From assembly GCA_047602405.1 (NCBI GenBank), contig JASGHJ010000001.1, positions 1,376,001 through 1,440,000 of the forward strand: a DNA stretch of 64,000 nt, written 5' to 3'. The position numbers were made by a program, and so were the translations under genes. Within the stretch, counting starts at the first letter, position 1, and each line of letters begins with the position of its first letter. The DNA comes from Anaeromyxobacteraceae bacterium. Lineage in GTDB: Bacteria; Myxococcota; Myxococcia; Myxococcales; Anaeromyxobacteraceae. A model generated the notes under the pieces. The model was not told where the DNA came from. It ran no database searches and worked only from the letters and a program-made list of their open reading frames with translations. Of this stretch, positions 9,469 to 20,494 are shown piece after piece.

Positions 9469-9999
9469 GTGACCGAGCTCGACGTCTCGGGCTGGGTCCC
9501 GTTCCCGCTCCCCGAGGTCCTCGCGTTCTTCTCGGACCCGCGGAACCTCCCCCGCATCATGCCCGCGGAGCTCGACGCGCGGATCGTCTCCATCTCCCGC
9601 GTGCCGCCGGCGCCGCCCGGCGATCCCGCCGCCGCCGGGCCCGGCACCGAGATCGCGCTCACGTTCCGGCCCGCGCCGCCCTTGCCGTTCCGCGCCCGCT
9701 GGCGCGCGCGCATCGTCGCCTTCGAGCCGGGCGTCGCGTTCGAGGACGAGCAGGCCGAGGGGCCGTTCGCCGCCTGGCGCCACCGGCACGAGTTCCGCGC
9801 CGAGCGGCGCACCGTCGAGGGCAGGGCGATCGACGGCACGGTCGTGCGCGACCTCGTGCGCTTCGAGGTGGGCTTTCGCCCGCTCGGCGCGCTCGCCGCG
9901 CGCCTCGTGGTGGGGCCGCGGATGCGGGCGGCGTTCCGGCACCGGCAGCGGGCGCTGCCGGGGCTGCTCGAGGCCGCGCGGCGGTTCAGCGCCCCGTGA
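9469..9999 (+). CDS. SRPBCC-family protein
   Basis: FFSDPRNLPRIMP, W.ARIVAFEP...FEDEQ.EGPFAAWRHRHEF, F.HRQ pattern. Confidence 0.75.
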   Translation: MTELDVSGWVPFPLPEVLAFFSDPRNLPRIMPAELDARIVSISRVPPAPPGDPAAAGPGTEIALTFRPAPPLPFRARWRARIVAFEPGVAFEDEQAEGPFAAWRHRHEFRAERRTVEGRAIDGTVVRDLVRFEVGFRPLGALAARLVVGPRMRAAFRHRQRALPGLLEAARRFSAP

Positions 10000-10432
10000 A
10001 CTCGACGCCCGCGCCCAGCTCCGGCCGGCGCGCGCCCCATGCGAACGCGGCGAGCACGAGCGGCAGCGCCACGAGGTCCGTCGGGTCCACGACGATCCGG
10101 TTCGAGGCCCCGAGGAGCGGCACGGTCGCGAGGTCGAGCGCCGCGGTCACCGCGCCCGCCGCCGCCGCCGAGAGCTTCACCGCCGCGAACGCGGCGGCGG
10201 TGACCACCGCGCCGATCGCGAGCCGCCGGCGGCGCGGCCACGGCGTCGCGCACGCGAGCGCCGCGGACAGGAAGAGCGGGAGCACGAAGCAGCCCGCGAG
10301 GTCGGAGAGCTTCCCGGTGATCGCGCCCGGGAACGCGGCCTTCAGCAGGTGATCGTTCAGCGCGAGGAGCGCGGCGGCCCCGAGCGGCAGCGGGCCCGCG
10401 AGCTCCGGGATGGGCGGGAGGCCGAGCTTCAC
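9986..10432 (-). CDS. Conserved hypothetical membrane protein
   Basis: LLALNDHLLK...ITGKLSDLAG...DPTDLVALP with hydrophobic segments. Confidence 0.65.
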   Translation of the reverse strand: MKLGLPPIPELAGPLPLGAAALLALNDHLLKAAFPGAITGKLSDLAGCFVLPLFLSAALACATPWPRRRRLAIGAVVTAAAFAAVKLSAAAAGAVTAALDLATVPLLGASNRIVVDPTDLVALPLVLAAFAWGARRPELGAGVEFTGR

Positions 10433-10510
10433 GCGGGGAGCGTGCGCCCGGGGTACGGGGGCGTCAACGGCCGCGATGACGCGGCCGACGCCCTCGACCT
10501 CCCGCGGTCC

Positions 10511-11933
10511 CTACCGCCGCTTGACCCGGATCTCGACGCGCCGGTTCTGCTCGCGGCCGGACTCGTAGTCGTTCGACGCGATCGGCCTCGACTCGCCGTA
10601 GCCGCGCGTGTCGATGCGCGTCCCCGCGATGCCGCGGCGGACGAGGTAGCGCTTCACCGCGTCCGCGCGGTTCGACGAGAGCAGCCGGTTCTTGCCCGGC
10701 GCGCCCTGGCTGTCGGTGTGGCCCTCGATCACGATGTCGATCGTCGGGTTCTCCTCGAGGATCGTCACGACCTGGTCGAGCAGCGCGAACGACCGCTCGG
10801 AGATGCGCGCGCTCCTCGGCTCGAACTGGATCTTCTCCTCGAGCGCGATCCGGCCGGTCTCGAGGCGGGCGCCGGCCTTCGGGGCGGCGGGGCGCGGCGC
10901 GGGCGGCGGCGGGACCGGGGCGGGCGCGGGCACCTGCGAGGGCGCGGGGGTGGTCCGCGCCGGCGGGGTGGTGGCGCGCGGGGGCGGCGGGAGGGCGGGC
11001 GACGGGCGGACCGCCGCGGGCGTCGCGCGGGCCGGCTCGACGTCGCCGGTGGGCCACGCGAGGCCGAGGAGCGCGCGGTAGCGCGGCGTGCCGGGGGCGT
11101 CGCCGATGCCGGGGCCGCCCATCACGAAGGCGTCGAACGCCGCGACGCGGAAGCGGACGCCTGCGAGCGCCTCGCCGTAGGAGCCCAGCTTGTCGAAGTT
11201 CATGCCGCCGCGCAGCGCGAGCTCGCCGCGCACGCGGCCGGTCGTCGCGAACACGAGCCCGCCGGTGACCTCGTGCTGCAGGGTGACCGGGCCCATGTCG
11301 ACCGCCTTCTGCCGGTAGAGGAAGCCCGCGTCGAGGCCCACCACGAGGCCCGCGAGCCGCGTGCCGACCTCGAGGTGCGGGCGCGCGACGATGCCGTCGG
11401 GGCGCACCACCGAGTTCTTCGCGCCGAGCGGGCCGGAGACGTCCGCGCCGACCGCGACGTCGAGGTCGCCGCGCATGAGCGGGATCTTGAAGCCGACCCA
11501 GGGCGCCGCGAGCGCGGTGCGCTTCGGGTTCGGCACGCCGACCGCGGTGAGGTCGTCGCCGATCTGCCAGGCCCATCACCGGGAGCTCGCCGTGGAGCTC
11601 GAGCCAGGAGGTGGGCGTCCACGCCGCGAGGAGGTGCACCCCGATGCGGTCGGAGATGTAGTCCTCGACGCGGTCGGTGGTGCCGCCGAAGCCGTTGCCG
11701 AGCAGCAGGCCGTCGGAGCGGTAGGCGAGCGGCCGGCCCTCGCCCATGATCACGTACGAGAGGCGGAACGCGCCCGCGGGCGCGAGCGCGCCGGTGCCCT
11801 GGGTGAGCGCGCCCACCGCGGCCGGGTCGAGCCGGAGGCGCTCGAGGTCGAACATCGGGATCTGCGCGCGGGCGACCGCGGGGATGCCGGCGAGGAGCGC
11901 GGCGAGGAGCAGGACCCTCGAGAGACGGTTCAT
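10511..11933 (-). pseudogene. OmpA-family outer membrane protein (beta-barrel, Pro-rich linker, OmpA-C), frameshifted as assembled at about 11572-11574
   Basis: Signal peptide MNRLSRVLLLAALLAGIPAVARA from 11933. C-terminal IEGHTDS...NRLLS.NRA.AV...NRRVE. Removing one G from ATGGGCCTGG joins the frames (VMAWQIGDDL). Confidence 0.82.
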
Positions 11934-12141
11934 CGTGTGTGGACCTCGGCCGGTTGCCGGCAGGTGCGCCGCTGCACGGGCGGTGGAGCGATCGGACGGC
12001 CGGATGCTACCGCGATCGGGCCCCCGTACCGAGATCCCGGCACGGGCCCCCAGCCGGAGCGAGGGACGGCGTATGCTATCCACCCACACGTACTCCCCGG
12101 CACCCTTCACCCGAAGGGAAGGGGGCGGAAGGCCTCGAAAC

Positions 12142-13038
12142 GTGCTCGCCCCGATACCGCGCCGCTCCGTCCTCTACGTCCCCGCGTCGAACGCCCGCGC
12201 CCTCGAGAAGGCCCGCGCGCTCCCGGCCGACGCCATCGTGCTCGACCTCGAGGACGGCGTCGCCCCGGACGCGAAGGGCGCCGCCCGGACGGCCGCGGTC
12301 GGCGCCGTCGCGGCGCTCGCGAGGGCGGTGGGTGGGCCGGGCCTCGCGCCCCGCGAGGTCGCCATCCGCGTGAACCACGCCGCGACGCCGTGGGGCGCCG
12401 ACGACCTCACCGCGGTCGCCCGCTCCGGCGCGGCCGCCGCCGTGCTCCCCAAGGTCGAGTCGCCGGACGAGGTCCGCGCCGCCGCCGCCGCGCTCGCGGC
12501 CGCGGGGGCCCCGGCCTCGCTCGCGCTCTGGGCGATGATCGAGACGCCGCGCGGCGTGCTCGCCGCCGACGCGATCGCCGGCGCCCACCCGCGCCTCGCG
12601 GTCCTCGTGGCGGGCACGAGCGACCTCGTGGCCGACCTCCGCGCCCGGCACGTGCCGGGCCGCCTCCCCGTCCTGACGAGCCTCTCGCTCCTCGTGCTCG
12701 CGGCCCGGGCCCACGGACTCGGCGTGCTGGACGGCGTGCACCTCGACCTCGACGACGGGGCCGGGTTCGAGGCCGCCTGCGACCAGGGCCGGGACCTCGG
12801 CTTCGACGGCAAGACCCTCATCCACCCGCGCCAGCTCGAGCCCGCCAACCGGGCCTTCGCGCCCGCCGCGGCCGCCGTCGACCACGCCCGGCGGGTGCTC
12901 GCCGCCCACGCCGAGGCGCTCGCCCGCGGGAGCGGGGTGGCGGTCCTCGATGGCCGGCTCGTCGAGAACCTGCACGCCGAGGAGGCGAGGCGCCTCGTCG
13001 CGCTCTCGGAGGCGATCGCGGCGCGCGGGATGGGGTAG
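12142..13038 (+). CDS. CitE/HpcH-family CoA ester lyase
   Basis: GTG 12142. RRSVLYVPA, DLEDGVAP, PKVES, AMIETPRG, GFDGKTLIHPRQ. Confidence 0.9.
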   Translation: MLAPIPRRSVLYVPASNARALEKARALPADAIVLDLEDGVAPDAKGAARTAAVGAVAALARAVGGPGLAPREVAIRVNHAATPWGADDLTAVARSGAAAAVLPKVESPDEVRAAAAALAAAGAPASLALWAMIETPRGVLAADAIAGAHPRLAVLVAGTSDLVADLRARHVPGRLPVLTSLSLLVLAARAHGLGVLDGVHLDLDDGAGFEAACDQGRDLGFDGKTLIHPRQLEPANRAFAPAAAAVDHARRVLAAHAEALARGSGVAVLDGRLVENLHAEEARRLVALSEAIAARGMG

Positions 13039-13051
13039 ACTCGGCGGTCCC

Positions 13052-13405
13052 GTGCGAGGAATCCGAGGCGCCACCCAGATCGCCGAGAACAGCGTCGCCG
13101 CCATCGAGGACGCGGTGGTCGAGATGTGCCGCGAGCTCGAGCGGCGCAACCGCATCGGCCCGGCCGACATCACCTGGGCGATCTTCACGGTCACGCACGA
13201 CCTCGACGCCGACTTCCCGGCCCGCGCCGCGCGCACGGCGGGCTGGAGCGCGGTCCCGATGATCTGCTCGCAGGAGATCCCGGTGCCGGGCTCGATGCCA
13301 CGGGTGGTGCGCGTGCTCCTCCACGTCGACTCGGACGGCCCGCGCGACCACGTCTACCTGCGCGGCGCCCAGGCGCTCCGCCCCGACCTCCACGTGAAGC
13401 CCTGA
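13052..13405 (+). CDS. aroH: Chorismate mutase, AroH class
   Basis: [49 protein letters not shown]. Confidence 0.93.
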   Translation: MRGIRGATQIAENSVAAIEDAVVEMCRELERRNRIGPADITWAIFTVTHDLDADFPARAARTAGWSAVPMICSQEIPVPGSMPRVVRVLLHVDSDGPRDHVYLRGAQALRPDLHVKP

Positions 13406-13415
13406 GAGGTCCCTC

Positions 13416-14261
13416 GTGTCCGGCTGGCCCGACGAGAAGAGGTTCCCCAAGGCGGCGCTGAACGCCCGCGCCCGCACGGTCGTGCGCATCGGCCGCGGCC
13501 CGGGCGCCGTCGAGGTGGGCGGCGAGCGGGTGGTGCTCGTCGCCGGTCCGTGCGCCGTCGAGTCGTGGGAGGTGCTGCTCGAGGCGGCGCGCGCCGCGCA
13601 GGCGGCCGGTGCCCGGCTCATGCGCGGCGGGGCGATGAAGCCCCGGACCTCGCCGTACGACTTCCAGGGGCTCGGCGAGGAGGGGCTGAAGCTGCTCGCC
13701 CGCGCGCGCGAGGAGACCGGCCTCGGCGTCGTGACCGAGGTGCTCGACCCGCGCGACGTCCCGCTCGTCGAGGAGTACGCCGACTGCTTCCAGATCGGCG
13801 CCCGCAACATGCAGAACGCGCCGCTGCTCCGCGCGGTCGGCAAGGCGCGCCGGCCGGTGCTCCTGAAGCGCGCGCCCTCCGGCACGCTCGAGGAGCTCCT
13901 GCTCGCGGCCGAGTACGTGCTCGACGCCGGCAACCCGGACGTCATGCTCTGCGAGCGCGGCATCCGCACCTTCGAGCCGGCGACCCGCAACACCTTCGAT
14001 CTCTCCGCGGTCCCGGCGCTGAAGCGACTCACGCACCTGCCGGTCCTCGCCGACCCGTCGCACGGCACCGGCCGGCGCGAGCTCGTCGCGGACATGGCGG
14101 TCGCGGCGGTGGCGGCCGGCGCCGACGGGCTCCTCATCGAGGTCCACCCCCGGCCCGCCGAGGCCCGCTCCGACGGCCCGCAGGCGCTCACGCCGGCCAT
14201 GCTGCTGGCGCTCGCCCCGCGCCTCGCCGCGGTGGCCCGGGCGGTGGGGCGGTCGTCGTGA
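13416..14261 (+). CDS. aroF: DAHP synthase (type I-beta)
   Basis: [54 protein letters not shown]. Confidence 0.93.
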   Translation: MSGWPDEKRFPKAALNARARTVVRIGRGPGAVEVGGERVVLVAGPCAVESWEVLLEAARAAQAAGARLMRGGAMKPRTSPYDFQGLGEEGLKLLARAREETGLGVVTEVLDPRDVPLVEEYADCFQIGARNMQNAPLLRAVGKARRPVLLKRAPSGTLEELLLAAEYVLDAGNPDVMLCERGIRTFEPATRNTFDLSAVPALKRLTHLPVLADPSHGTGRRELVADMAVAAVAAGADGLLIEVHPRPAEARSDGPQALTPAMLLALAPRLAAVARAVGRSS

Positions 14262-15118
14262 GCGGCGCGCAGCCGTCACCTCGGGCGATCCCGGCCGGCG
14301 TCGCGATCGTCGGGCTCGGCCTGATGGGCGGCTCGATCGCGAAGGCGGTGCGCGCGGTGTCGCCCTCGACGCGGCTCGTCGGCGTCGAGCCGCGCGAGGA
14401 CCTGCGCGCGCAGGCGCTCGCGGCCGGCGCGGTCGACGAGGCGCATTCCGCTCCCGGGCCCGCGCTGGCCGGCTGCGGGGTCGCGGTGCTCTGCACGCCG
14501 GTCGCCGCCATCGAGGCGCTCCTCGGCCCGGTCTCGGCGGCGCTCCCCGACGGCGCGATCCTCACCGACGTCGGCGGCGCGAAGGAGAAGGTGCTCGCCG
14601 CCGCCCGGACCGCGGTCCGGCCCGGCGTGCGGTTCGTGGGCGCCCACCCGATGTTCGGCGGGCACGGCGGCTTCGCGGGCTCCTCCGCCGAGAAGTGGAA
14701 GGGCGGCGCGGTCGCGGTCTGCACCGACGGCGACCCCGCGGCGGTCGACGCGGTCGAGGCGCTGCACCGCGCGCTCGGCGCCACCGTCGAGCGCTGCACC
14801 GCCGCCGAGCACGACGAGGCGGTCGCGATGGTCTCGCACCTGCCGTACCTCGTCGCGTCCGCGCTCGCCTCGGCGACCCGCGAGGCGGGCCCGCTCGCCG
14901 CGAGGCTCGCCGGCCCGGGGCTCAAGGACATGACCCGGCTCGCGGCCTTCCCGTTCGACATCCAGGGCGAGGTGGCCCGCCGCAACCGCCACCTGCCCAC
15001 CGCCGCGGCCCGGCTGCGCCGCCACCTCGAGGCGCTCCTCGCCGCGATCGGCGAGTCGCCCGACGCGGCCCGCGGCGCGCTGGAGGCGGCCCGCGCCGCC
15101 CGGGAGGAGCTGTTTTGA
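14258..15118 (+). CDS. tyrA: Prephenate/arogenate dehydrogenase
   Basis: GTG 14258. [44 protein letters not shown]. Confidence 0.88.
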   Translation: MSGAQPSPRAIPAGVAIVGLGLMGGSIAKAVRAVSPSTRLVGVEPREDLRAQALAAGAVDEAHSAPGPALAGCGVAVLCTPVAAIEALLGPVSAALPDGAILTDVGGAKEKVLAAARTAVRPGVRFVGAHPMFGGHGGFAGSSAEKWKGGAVAVCTDGDPAAVDAVEALHRALGATVERCTAAEHDEAVAMVSHLPYLVASALASATREAGPLAARLAGPGLKDMTRLAAFPFDIQGEVARRNRHLPTAAARLRRHLEALLAAIGESPDAARGALEAARAAREELF

Positions 15119-16470
15119 GCGGCCCGAAGGCCTCACCCGCGGCGGCCCCGGCGCTGTCGGGGTCCCTCGCCTGCCGGCGCGCTGGCCCGCTCCGGGGCGC
15201 GATCACGGTGCCCGGCGACAAGTCGGTCTCGCACCGGTCGCTCCTCTTCGGCGCGCTCGCCGTCGGCGAGACCCGGGTGACCGGGCTCCTCGAGGCGGAG
15301 GACGTCCGCTCCACGCGGCGCGCGGTCGAGGCGATGGGCGCGACGGTGCGGGAGGATGGGCCCGAGATCGTGGTGACGCCGCCCGAGCGGCTCGGCGAGC
15401 CCGGGGACGTCATCGACTGCGGCAACTCCGGGACGAGCCTGCGCCTCCTCGCGGGCGTGCTCTCGGGCGTGCCCGGCCTCGCGGTGCTCACCGGCGACGC
15501 CTCGCTGCGCAGGCGCCCGGTGAAGCGGGTCATCGAGCCGCTCCGGCGCATGGGCGCGACGCTCTCCGCCCGCGACGGCGACCGGCTGCCGCCGCTCGTC
15601 GTGAAGGGGGGCGGGCTCCGCGGGGCGCGCCACGTCCTCGAGGTCGCGAGCGCGCAGGTGAAGAGCGCGATCCTCCTCGCCGGGCTCCGCGCCGAGGGCG
15701 AGACCACGGTGGTCGAGCCCGAGCGCTCCCGCGACCACACCGAGCGGATGTTCACGGGCATGGGGCTCCCGGTGCGCGTCGACGGCACCGCGGTGACGAT
15801 CGCCCCCGGGCGCCTCGCCGGCGCCCGGGTCGACGTGCCCGGCGACGTCTCCTCGGCCGCGTTCTTCCTGTGCGCCGCGGCCGGCGTGCCGGGCTCCGAG
15901 GTCACCGTGCGCGGGATGGGCACGAACGAGACCCGCACCGGCGTCGTCGACGTGCTGCGCGCGATGGGCGCCGACCTCGCGCTCTCGAACGAGCGGACCG
16001 TCGCCGGCGAGCCGCGCGCCGACGTGACCGTGCGGGCGGCGGACCTCCGCGCCGCCGAGATCCGCGGCGCCCTCGTCCCCCGGCTCATCGACGAGCTCCC
16101 GGTGCTGATGGTGCTCGCCACCCAGGCGCGCGGGACCACCATCATCCGCGACGCGCGGGAGCTCCGGGTGAAGGAGTCCGACCGGCTCGCCGCGATGGGC
16201 GAGACGCTCGCCGCCGCGGGCGCGCGGATCGAGCTCTTCGACGACGGCTGCGCCATCGAGGGGCCGGTGCGGCTCCGCGGCGTGAGCGTCCGGACCCGGC
16301 TCGACCACCGCATCGCCATGTCGATGGCCGTCGCGCAGCTCTTCATGGCGCGCGGCGAGGAGGTCGTGCTCGACGACGTGGCCTGCGTCGCGACCTCGTT
16401 CCCGACCTTCTTCTCGCTGCTCGACGGGCTGTGTTCGAGCGGCGGTCAGGGCCACGGAGGCGCGCGATGA
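15115..16470 (+). CDS. aroA: EPSP synthase
   Basis: TTG 15115 (start uncertain). [48 protein letters not shown]. Confidence 0.95.
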   Translation: MSGPKASPAAAPALSGSLACRRAGPLRGAITVPGDKSVSHRSLLFGALAVGETRVTGLLEAEDVRSTRRAVEAMGATVREDGPEIVVTPPERLGEPGDVIDCGNSGTSLRLLAGVLSGVPGLAVLTGDASLRRRPVKRVIEPLRRMGATLSARDGDRLPPLVVKGGGLRGARHVLEVASAQVKSAILLAGLRAEGETTVVEPERSRDHTERMFTGMGLPVRVDGTAVTIAPGRLAGARVDVPGDVSSAAFFLCAAAGVPGSEVTVRGMGTNETRTGVVDVLRAMGADLALSNERTVAGEPRADVTVRAADLRAAEIRGALVPRLIDELPVLMVLATQARGTTIIRDARELRVKESDRLAAMGETLAAAGARIELFDDGCAIEGPVRLRGVSVRTRLDHRIAMSMAVAQLFMARGEEVVLDDVACVATSFPTFFSLLDGLCSSGGQGHGGAR

Positions 16471-17306
16471 ACGTCACCGGCCACACCGCGGTCTACGGCG
16501 TCCTCGGCCACCCGGTCGCACACAGCCGCTCGCCGGCGATGCAGATCGCGGCCTTCGAGGCGTGCGGGATCGACGCCGTCTACGTCGCGCTCCCGGTCCA
16601 GCCCGAGCGGATCGAGGAGGCCCTGAAGGGCGCGCACGCGCTCGGCTTCCAGGGGCTCAACGTCACGGTGCCGCACAAGCAGCGCGCCGCCGCGGCCTGC
16701 GTGACGCTCGATCCCATCGCCCGCGAGATCGGCGCGGCGAACACGCTCCGCCGCACCGCGCTCGGCTGGGAGGGCTTCAACACCGACGCCCCCGCCTGCC
16801 GCGCGCTCCTCGACGCCGCCGGCATGAAGGCGGGCGCCCGCGCGCTCGTGGTCGGGGCGGGCGGCGCCGCGCGCGCCGCGGTCTGGGCGCTCCTGCAGGC
16901 CGGCGCGCACGTGCGGATCGCGTCCCGCCGCCCGGACTCCGCCGACGGGCTCGCGAGGGAGTCCGCCGCGTGGATCCGGGATCCGCGCGTGCGGGTCGAG
17001 CCGGCCGCGTTCGGCGCGCTCGAGGCCGAGGCCGCGGGCTGCGACGTCGTCGTGAACGCGACGCCGATCGGCCTCACCGCCGACCAGGGCCTGCCGGTGA
17101 CGCTCCGCAGCGACCAGCTCGTGGTCGACTTCGTGTACGGCGAGACGGCGTTCGAGGTGGCGGCCCGCGAGGCGGGCGCGCACCTGGTGTCGGGCGAGGA
17201 GATCCTCGTCCGGCAGGGCGCCATCGCCTTCTCGGTCTGGACCGGGCGCCCGGCGCCCGAGGCCGCCATGGCCGCCGCGGTCGCGGCGGGAGGGAAGGTC
17301 ACGTGA
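16467..17306 (+). CDS. aroE: Shikimate dehydrogenase
   Basis: [43 protein letters not shown]. Confidence 0.93.
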   Translation: MNVTGHTAVYGVLGHPVAHSRSPAMQIAAFEACGIDAVYVALPVQPERIEEALKGAHALGFQGLNVTVPHKQRAAAACVTLDPIAREIGAANTLRRTALGWEGFNTDAPACRALLDAAGMKAGARALVVGAGGAARAAVWALLQAGAHVRIASRRPDSADGLARESAAWIRDPRVRVEPAAFGALEAEAAGCDVVVNATPIGLTADQGLPVTLRSDQLVVDFVYGETAFEVAAREAGAHLVSGEEILVRQGAIAFSVWTGRPAPEAAMAAAVAAGGKVT

Positions 17307-18445
17307 CGCTGCGCTACCTCACCGCCGGCGAGTCGCACGGCCCGGGGCTCGTCGCCATCGCCGAGGGCTTCCCGGCCGGGCTCGCCGTCGACTTCGGGGC
17401 GGTGAACGCGGATCTCCGCCGCCGCCAGCAGGGCTACGGCCGCGGCGGCCGCCAGAAGATCGAGACCGACGAGGCCCAGTTCCTCGCGGGGCTGCGCGGC
17501 GGGGTGACGACCGGCGCGCCCATCGCGCTCGTGGTCTGGAACAAGGACCACGAGAACTGGAAGGACAACGTCTCGCCGTACGCGCGCGGCGGCCCGAAGA
17601 TCACCCGGGTCCGGCCCGGCCACGCCGACCTCGCCGGCGCGCTCAAGTACGGCCTCGACGACGCCCGCGACGTGCTCGAGCGCTCGAGCGCCCGCGGCAC
17701 CGCCACGATCGTCGCGCTCGGCGCGCTCGCCCGGCAGCTCCTCGCCCGGCTCGGCGTCACGGTCACCTCCCGCGTCACCGCCATCGGCGGCGACGCCTTC
17801 GCGCCCGCCGGGCCGCCCGACGCGGCCCAGCGCGCGGCCATCGAGGCCTCCGACCTGCGCGTCGACGACGAGGCGGTGGCCGCCCGGTGGCGGAAGCTCA
17901 TCGACGACGAGAAGGCGCGCGGCGGCTCCATCGGCGGCGCCTTCGAGGTCTACGCGACCGGGCTCCCCATCGGCCTCGGCAGCCACGTCCACCCCGATCG
18001 CCGGCTCGACGCCCGGCTCGCCGGCGCGCTCTGCGGGATCCAGGCGATCCGCGCCGCCGAGATCGGCGACGGCACGCGCGTCGACCTCACCGGGGACCGC
18101 TTCCACGACGCCATCCACCCCGACGGCCGCGGCTTCCGGCGGGACTCGAACCGCGCGGGCGGCCTCGAGGGCGGGATGACCGACGGCATGCCGCTCAGGG
18201 TGCGGGCGTACATGAAGCCCATCCCGACCATGCTGAAGCCGCTCGCCACCGTGGACCTCGCCTCCCGCGAGGCGACGCAGGCGGTCTACGAGCGGAGCGA
18301 CGTCTGCGCGGTGCCCGCCGCGGCGACCGTCGGCGAGGCGGTGGTGGCCTGGGTGCTCGCCGACGCCGTGCTCGAGAAGTTCGGCGGCGACGCGATGGTC
18401 GACGTCGAGCAGGCGATGCAGGCGTATGCCGCTCGGATCCGCTGA
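17303..18445 (+). CDS. aroC: Chorismate synthase
   Basis: [60 protein letters not shown]. Confidence 0.96.
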   Translation: MTLRYLTAGESHGPGLVAIAEGFPAGLAVDFGAVNADLRRRQQGYGRGGRQKIETDEAQFLAGLRGGVTTGAPIALVVWNKDHENWKDNVSPYARGGPKITRVRPGHADLAGALKYGLDDARDVLERSSARGTATIVALGALARQLLARLGVTVTSRVTAIGGDAFAPAGPPDAAQRAAIEASDLRVDDEAVAARWRKLIDDEKARGGSIGGAFEVYATGLPIGLGSHVHPDRRLDARLAGALCGIQAIRAAEIGDGTRVDLTGDRFHDAIHPDGRGFRRDSNRAGGLEGGMTDGMPLRVRAYMKPIPTMLKPLATVDLASREATQAVYERSDVCAVPAAATVGEAVVAWVLADAVLEKFGGDAMVDVEQAMQAYAARIR

Positions 18446-18929
18446 GACGCTCGCGCTCGCGGGCATGATGGGCGCCGGGAAGTCCACGGTCGCCGCGCAC
18501 CTCGCGCGCTGGCTCGGCCGGCCGCTCGTCTCGCTCGACGCCGCGATCGCGGCGCGGGCGGGGAAGCCCATCCCGGCGATCTTCCTCGAGGACGGCGAGC
18601 CCGCGTTCCGGGCGCTGGAGCGGGCCGCGGTCGCGGCCATCCCGGCGGGCGCGGTGGCGGACCTCGGCGGCGGGGCGTTCTGCGATCCCGCGAGCGCCGC
18701 GCGCCTGCTGCGCGTCGGGCGGGTCGTGTTCCTGGACGTCTCGGCGGCGGAGGCGCGGCGCCGGATCGCGGGGGATGCGGCTTCCAGGGGGAACGCCCGT
18801 CCCCTCGCGGCGTCCTGGGAGCCGCTCCTCGCGCGCCGCCTGCCGCTCTACCGCCGCGCCCACCTCACCGTGTCCGTCGACGGCCTTCACCCCGAGGCGG
18901 TCGCGCGCCGGATCCTGGAGGCCCTGTGA
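18426..18929 (+). CDS. aroK: Shikimate kinase
   Basis: [32 protein letters not shown]. Confidence 0.9.
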   Translation: MPLGSAETLALAGMMGAGKSTVAAHLARWLGRPLVSLDAAIAARAGKPIPAIFLEDGEPAFRALERAAVAAIPAGAVADLGGGAFCDPASAARLLRVGRVVFLDVSAAEARRRIAGDAASRGNARPLAASWEPLLARRLPLYRRAHLTVSVDGLHPEAVARRILEAL

Positions 18930-20017
18930 AGACGAAGCCCCACGCCGAGGTGATCCCCGCCGTCCAGGGAGACCACCGCTACGAGGTCCGCGTCGGGCCG
19001 GGCGCGCTCGCGCCGCTCGCCGGCCTCGCCGGGGATCACGACCACGTCGCCGTGTTCACCGCCCGTCCCGTCGCGAGGACCCCCTTCGCGCGGGCTGCGC
19101 TGCGCGGCCTGGAGGCGACCGGCAAGGTAAAGCTCGTGCACGTCCTCCCGGACGGCGAGCGCGGGAAGACCCTCGCCGAGCTCGGCCGCGCCTCGACCGC
19201 GCTCCTCGCGGCCGGCGCGACCCGGCGGACGCTCGTCGTCGCGGTCGGCGGCGGCGCGGTCTCCGACGCGGCGGGCTTCGCGGCGGCGACCTTCATGCGC
19301 GGCGTGCCGTGGGTGGCCGTGCCGACGACGCTCCTCTCGATGGTCGACGCGGCCATCGGCGGGAAGACCGGCGTGAACCTCCCGGCCATGAAGAACGCCC
19401 TGGGCGCCTTCCACCCGCCCCGCGCGGTCCTCGCCGACACCGCGGCGCTCGAGACCCTGCCCCCGCGGGAGGTCAGGAGCGGCCTCGGCGAGGTCGCGAA
19501 GTACGCGCTCCTCGAGCCGGCGCTGCTCGGACGGGTCGCCGCGCTCGGGCCCCGGCTCCCGGAGGCCGACCTCGTCGCCGCCTGCGCGCGGATGAAGGTG
19601 CAGGTCGTCGCCCAGGACCCGACCGAGCGGGGGCTCCGCAAGCTCCTCAACCTGGGCCACACGTTCGGCCACGGCGTGGAGGCGGCGGGCAAGTTCAGCC
19701 GGTACACCCACGGTGAGTCCGTCTCCGTCGGCATGGCGTTCGCGTTCCGGCTCGCCGCGCGGCTCGGGCGGCTCGGGCCGCTCGCGGTGGCCGAGGCGGA
19801 GGACGCGCTGCGGGCGCTCGGCCTGCCGGTGCGGGTGCCGCCCGCGCTGGCCCGGCGGGCGCTCGCGCTCATGGCGACCGACAAGAAGCGCACCGCCGCG
19901 GGGCTCCGCTGGGTGCTGCCCCGCGCGGAGGGCTCGGCCTGGGTCGTGGACTGGGACGTCGCCGCCGACGGCGCGGCCGTCGAGGCCGCCGCGCGCGAGG
20001 TCTCGAAAAGCCGGTAA
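18926..20017 (+). CDS. aroB: 3-dehydroquinate synthase
   Basis: GGGAVSD..GFAAATFMRG, PTTLLSMVDAAIGGKTGVN, RKLLNLGHTFGH, HGESV, DKK. Confidence 0.94.
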   Translation: MKTKPHAEVIPAVQGDHRYEVRVGPGALAPLAGLAGDHDHVAVFTARPVARTPFARAALRGLEATGKVKLVHVLPDGERGKTLAELGRASTALLAAGATRRTLVVAVGGGAVSDAAGFAAATFMRGVPWVAVPTTLLSMVDAAIGGKTGVNLPAMKNALGAFHPPRAVLADTAALETLPPREVRSGLGEVAKYALLEPALLGRVAALGPRLPEADLVAACARMKVQVVAQDPTERGLRKLLNLGHTFGHGVEAAGKFSRYTHGESVSVGMAFAFRLAARLGRLGPLAVAEAEDALRALGLPVRVPPALARRALALMATDKKRTAAGLRWVLPRAEGSAWVVDWDVAADGAAVEAAAREVSKSR

Positions 20018-20041
20018 GATGCCCGTGGGAGGGGAGACGCG

Positions 20042-20488
20042 ATGATCCTCGTGGTGAACGGCCCGAACCTGAACCTGCTCGGCGAGCGCGAGCCCGAGAT
20101 CTACGGGCGCAGCACGCTCGCGGACGTGGTGGAGCTCGTGCGCTCCGCGTGCAGCGCGTGGGGGCTCGAGGTGAAGAGCTTCCAGTCGAACCACGAGGGC
20201 GCGATCCTCGACTTCCTGCAGGAGCACCGCGCCCGCGCGAAGGGCATCGTCATCAACCCCGGCGCGCTTTCCCACACGAGCATCGCGCTCCACGACTGCC
20301 TGAAGTCGATCCCCGCGCCGGCGGTCGAGGTGCACATCTCGAACGTGCACACCCGGGAGCCCTTCCGGCGCGAGAGCGTCACCGCCGCGGCCTGCCGCGG
20401 GCAGATCGTCGGGCTCGGGATCCGCGGCTACCTGCTCGCCGCCGAGTGGCTCTGCGCCGAGGTCGGGACGCCGCCGAAGGGCCGGTAG
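20042..20488 (+). CDS. aroQ: Type II 3-dehydroquinate dehydratase
   Basis: NGPNLNLLG.REPEIYG, QSNHEG, NPGA..HTS, EVHISNVH.RE.FR. Confidence 0.96.
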   Translation: MILVVNGPNLNLLGEREPEIYGRSTLADVVELVRSACSAWGLEVKSFQSNHEGAILDFLQEHRARAKGIVINPGALSHTSIALHDCLKSIPAPAVEVHISNVHTREPFRRESVTAAACRGQIVGLGIRGYLLAAEWLCAEVGTPPKGR

Positions 20489-20494
20489 CCGGCG

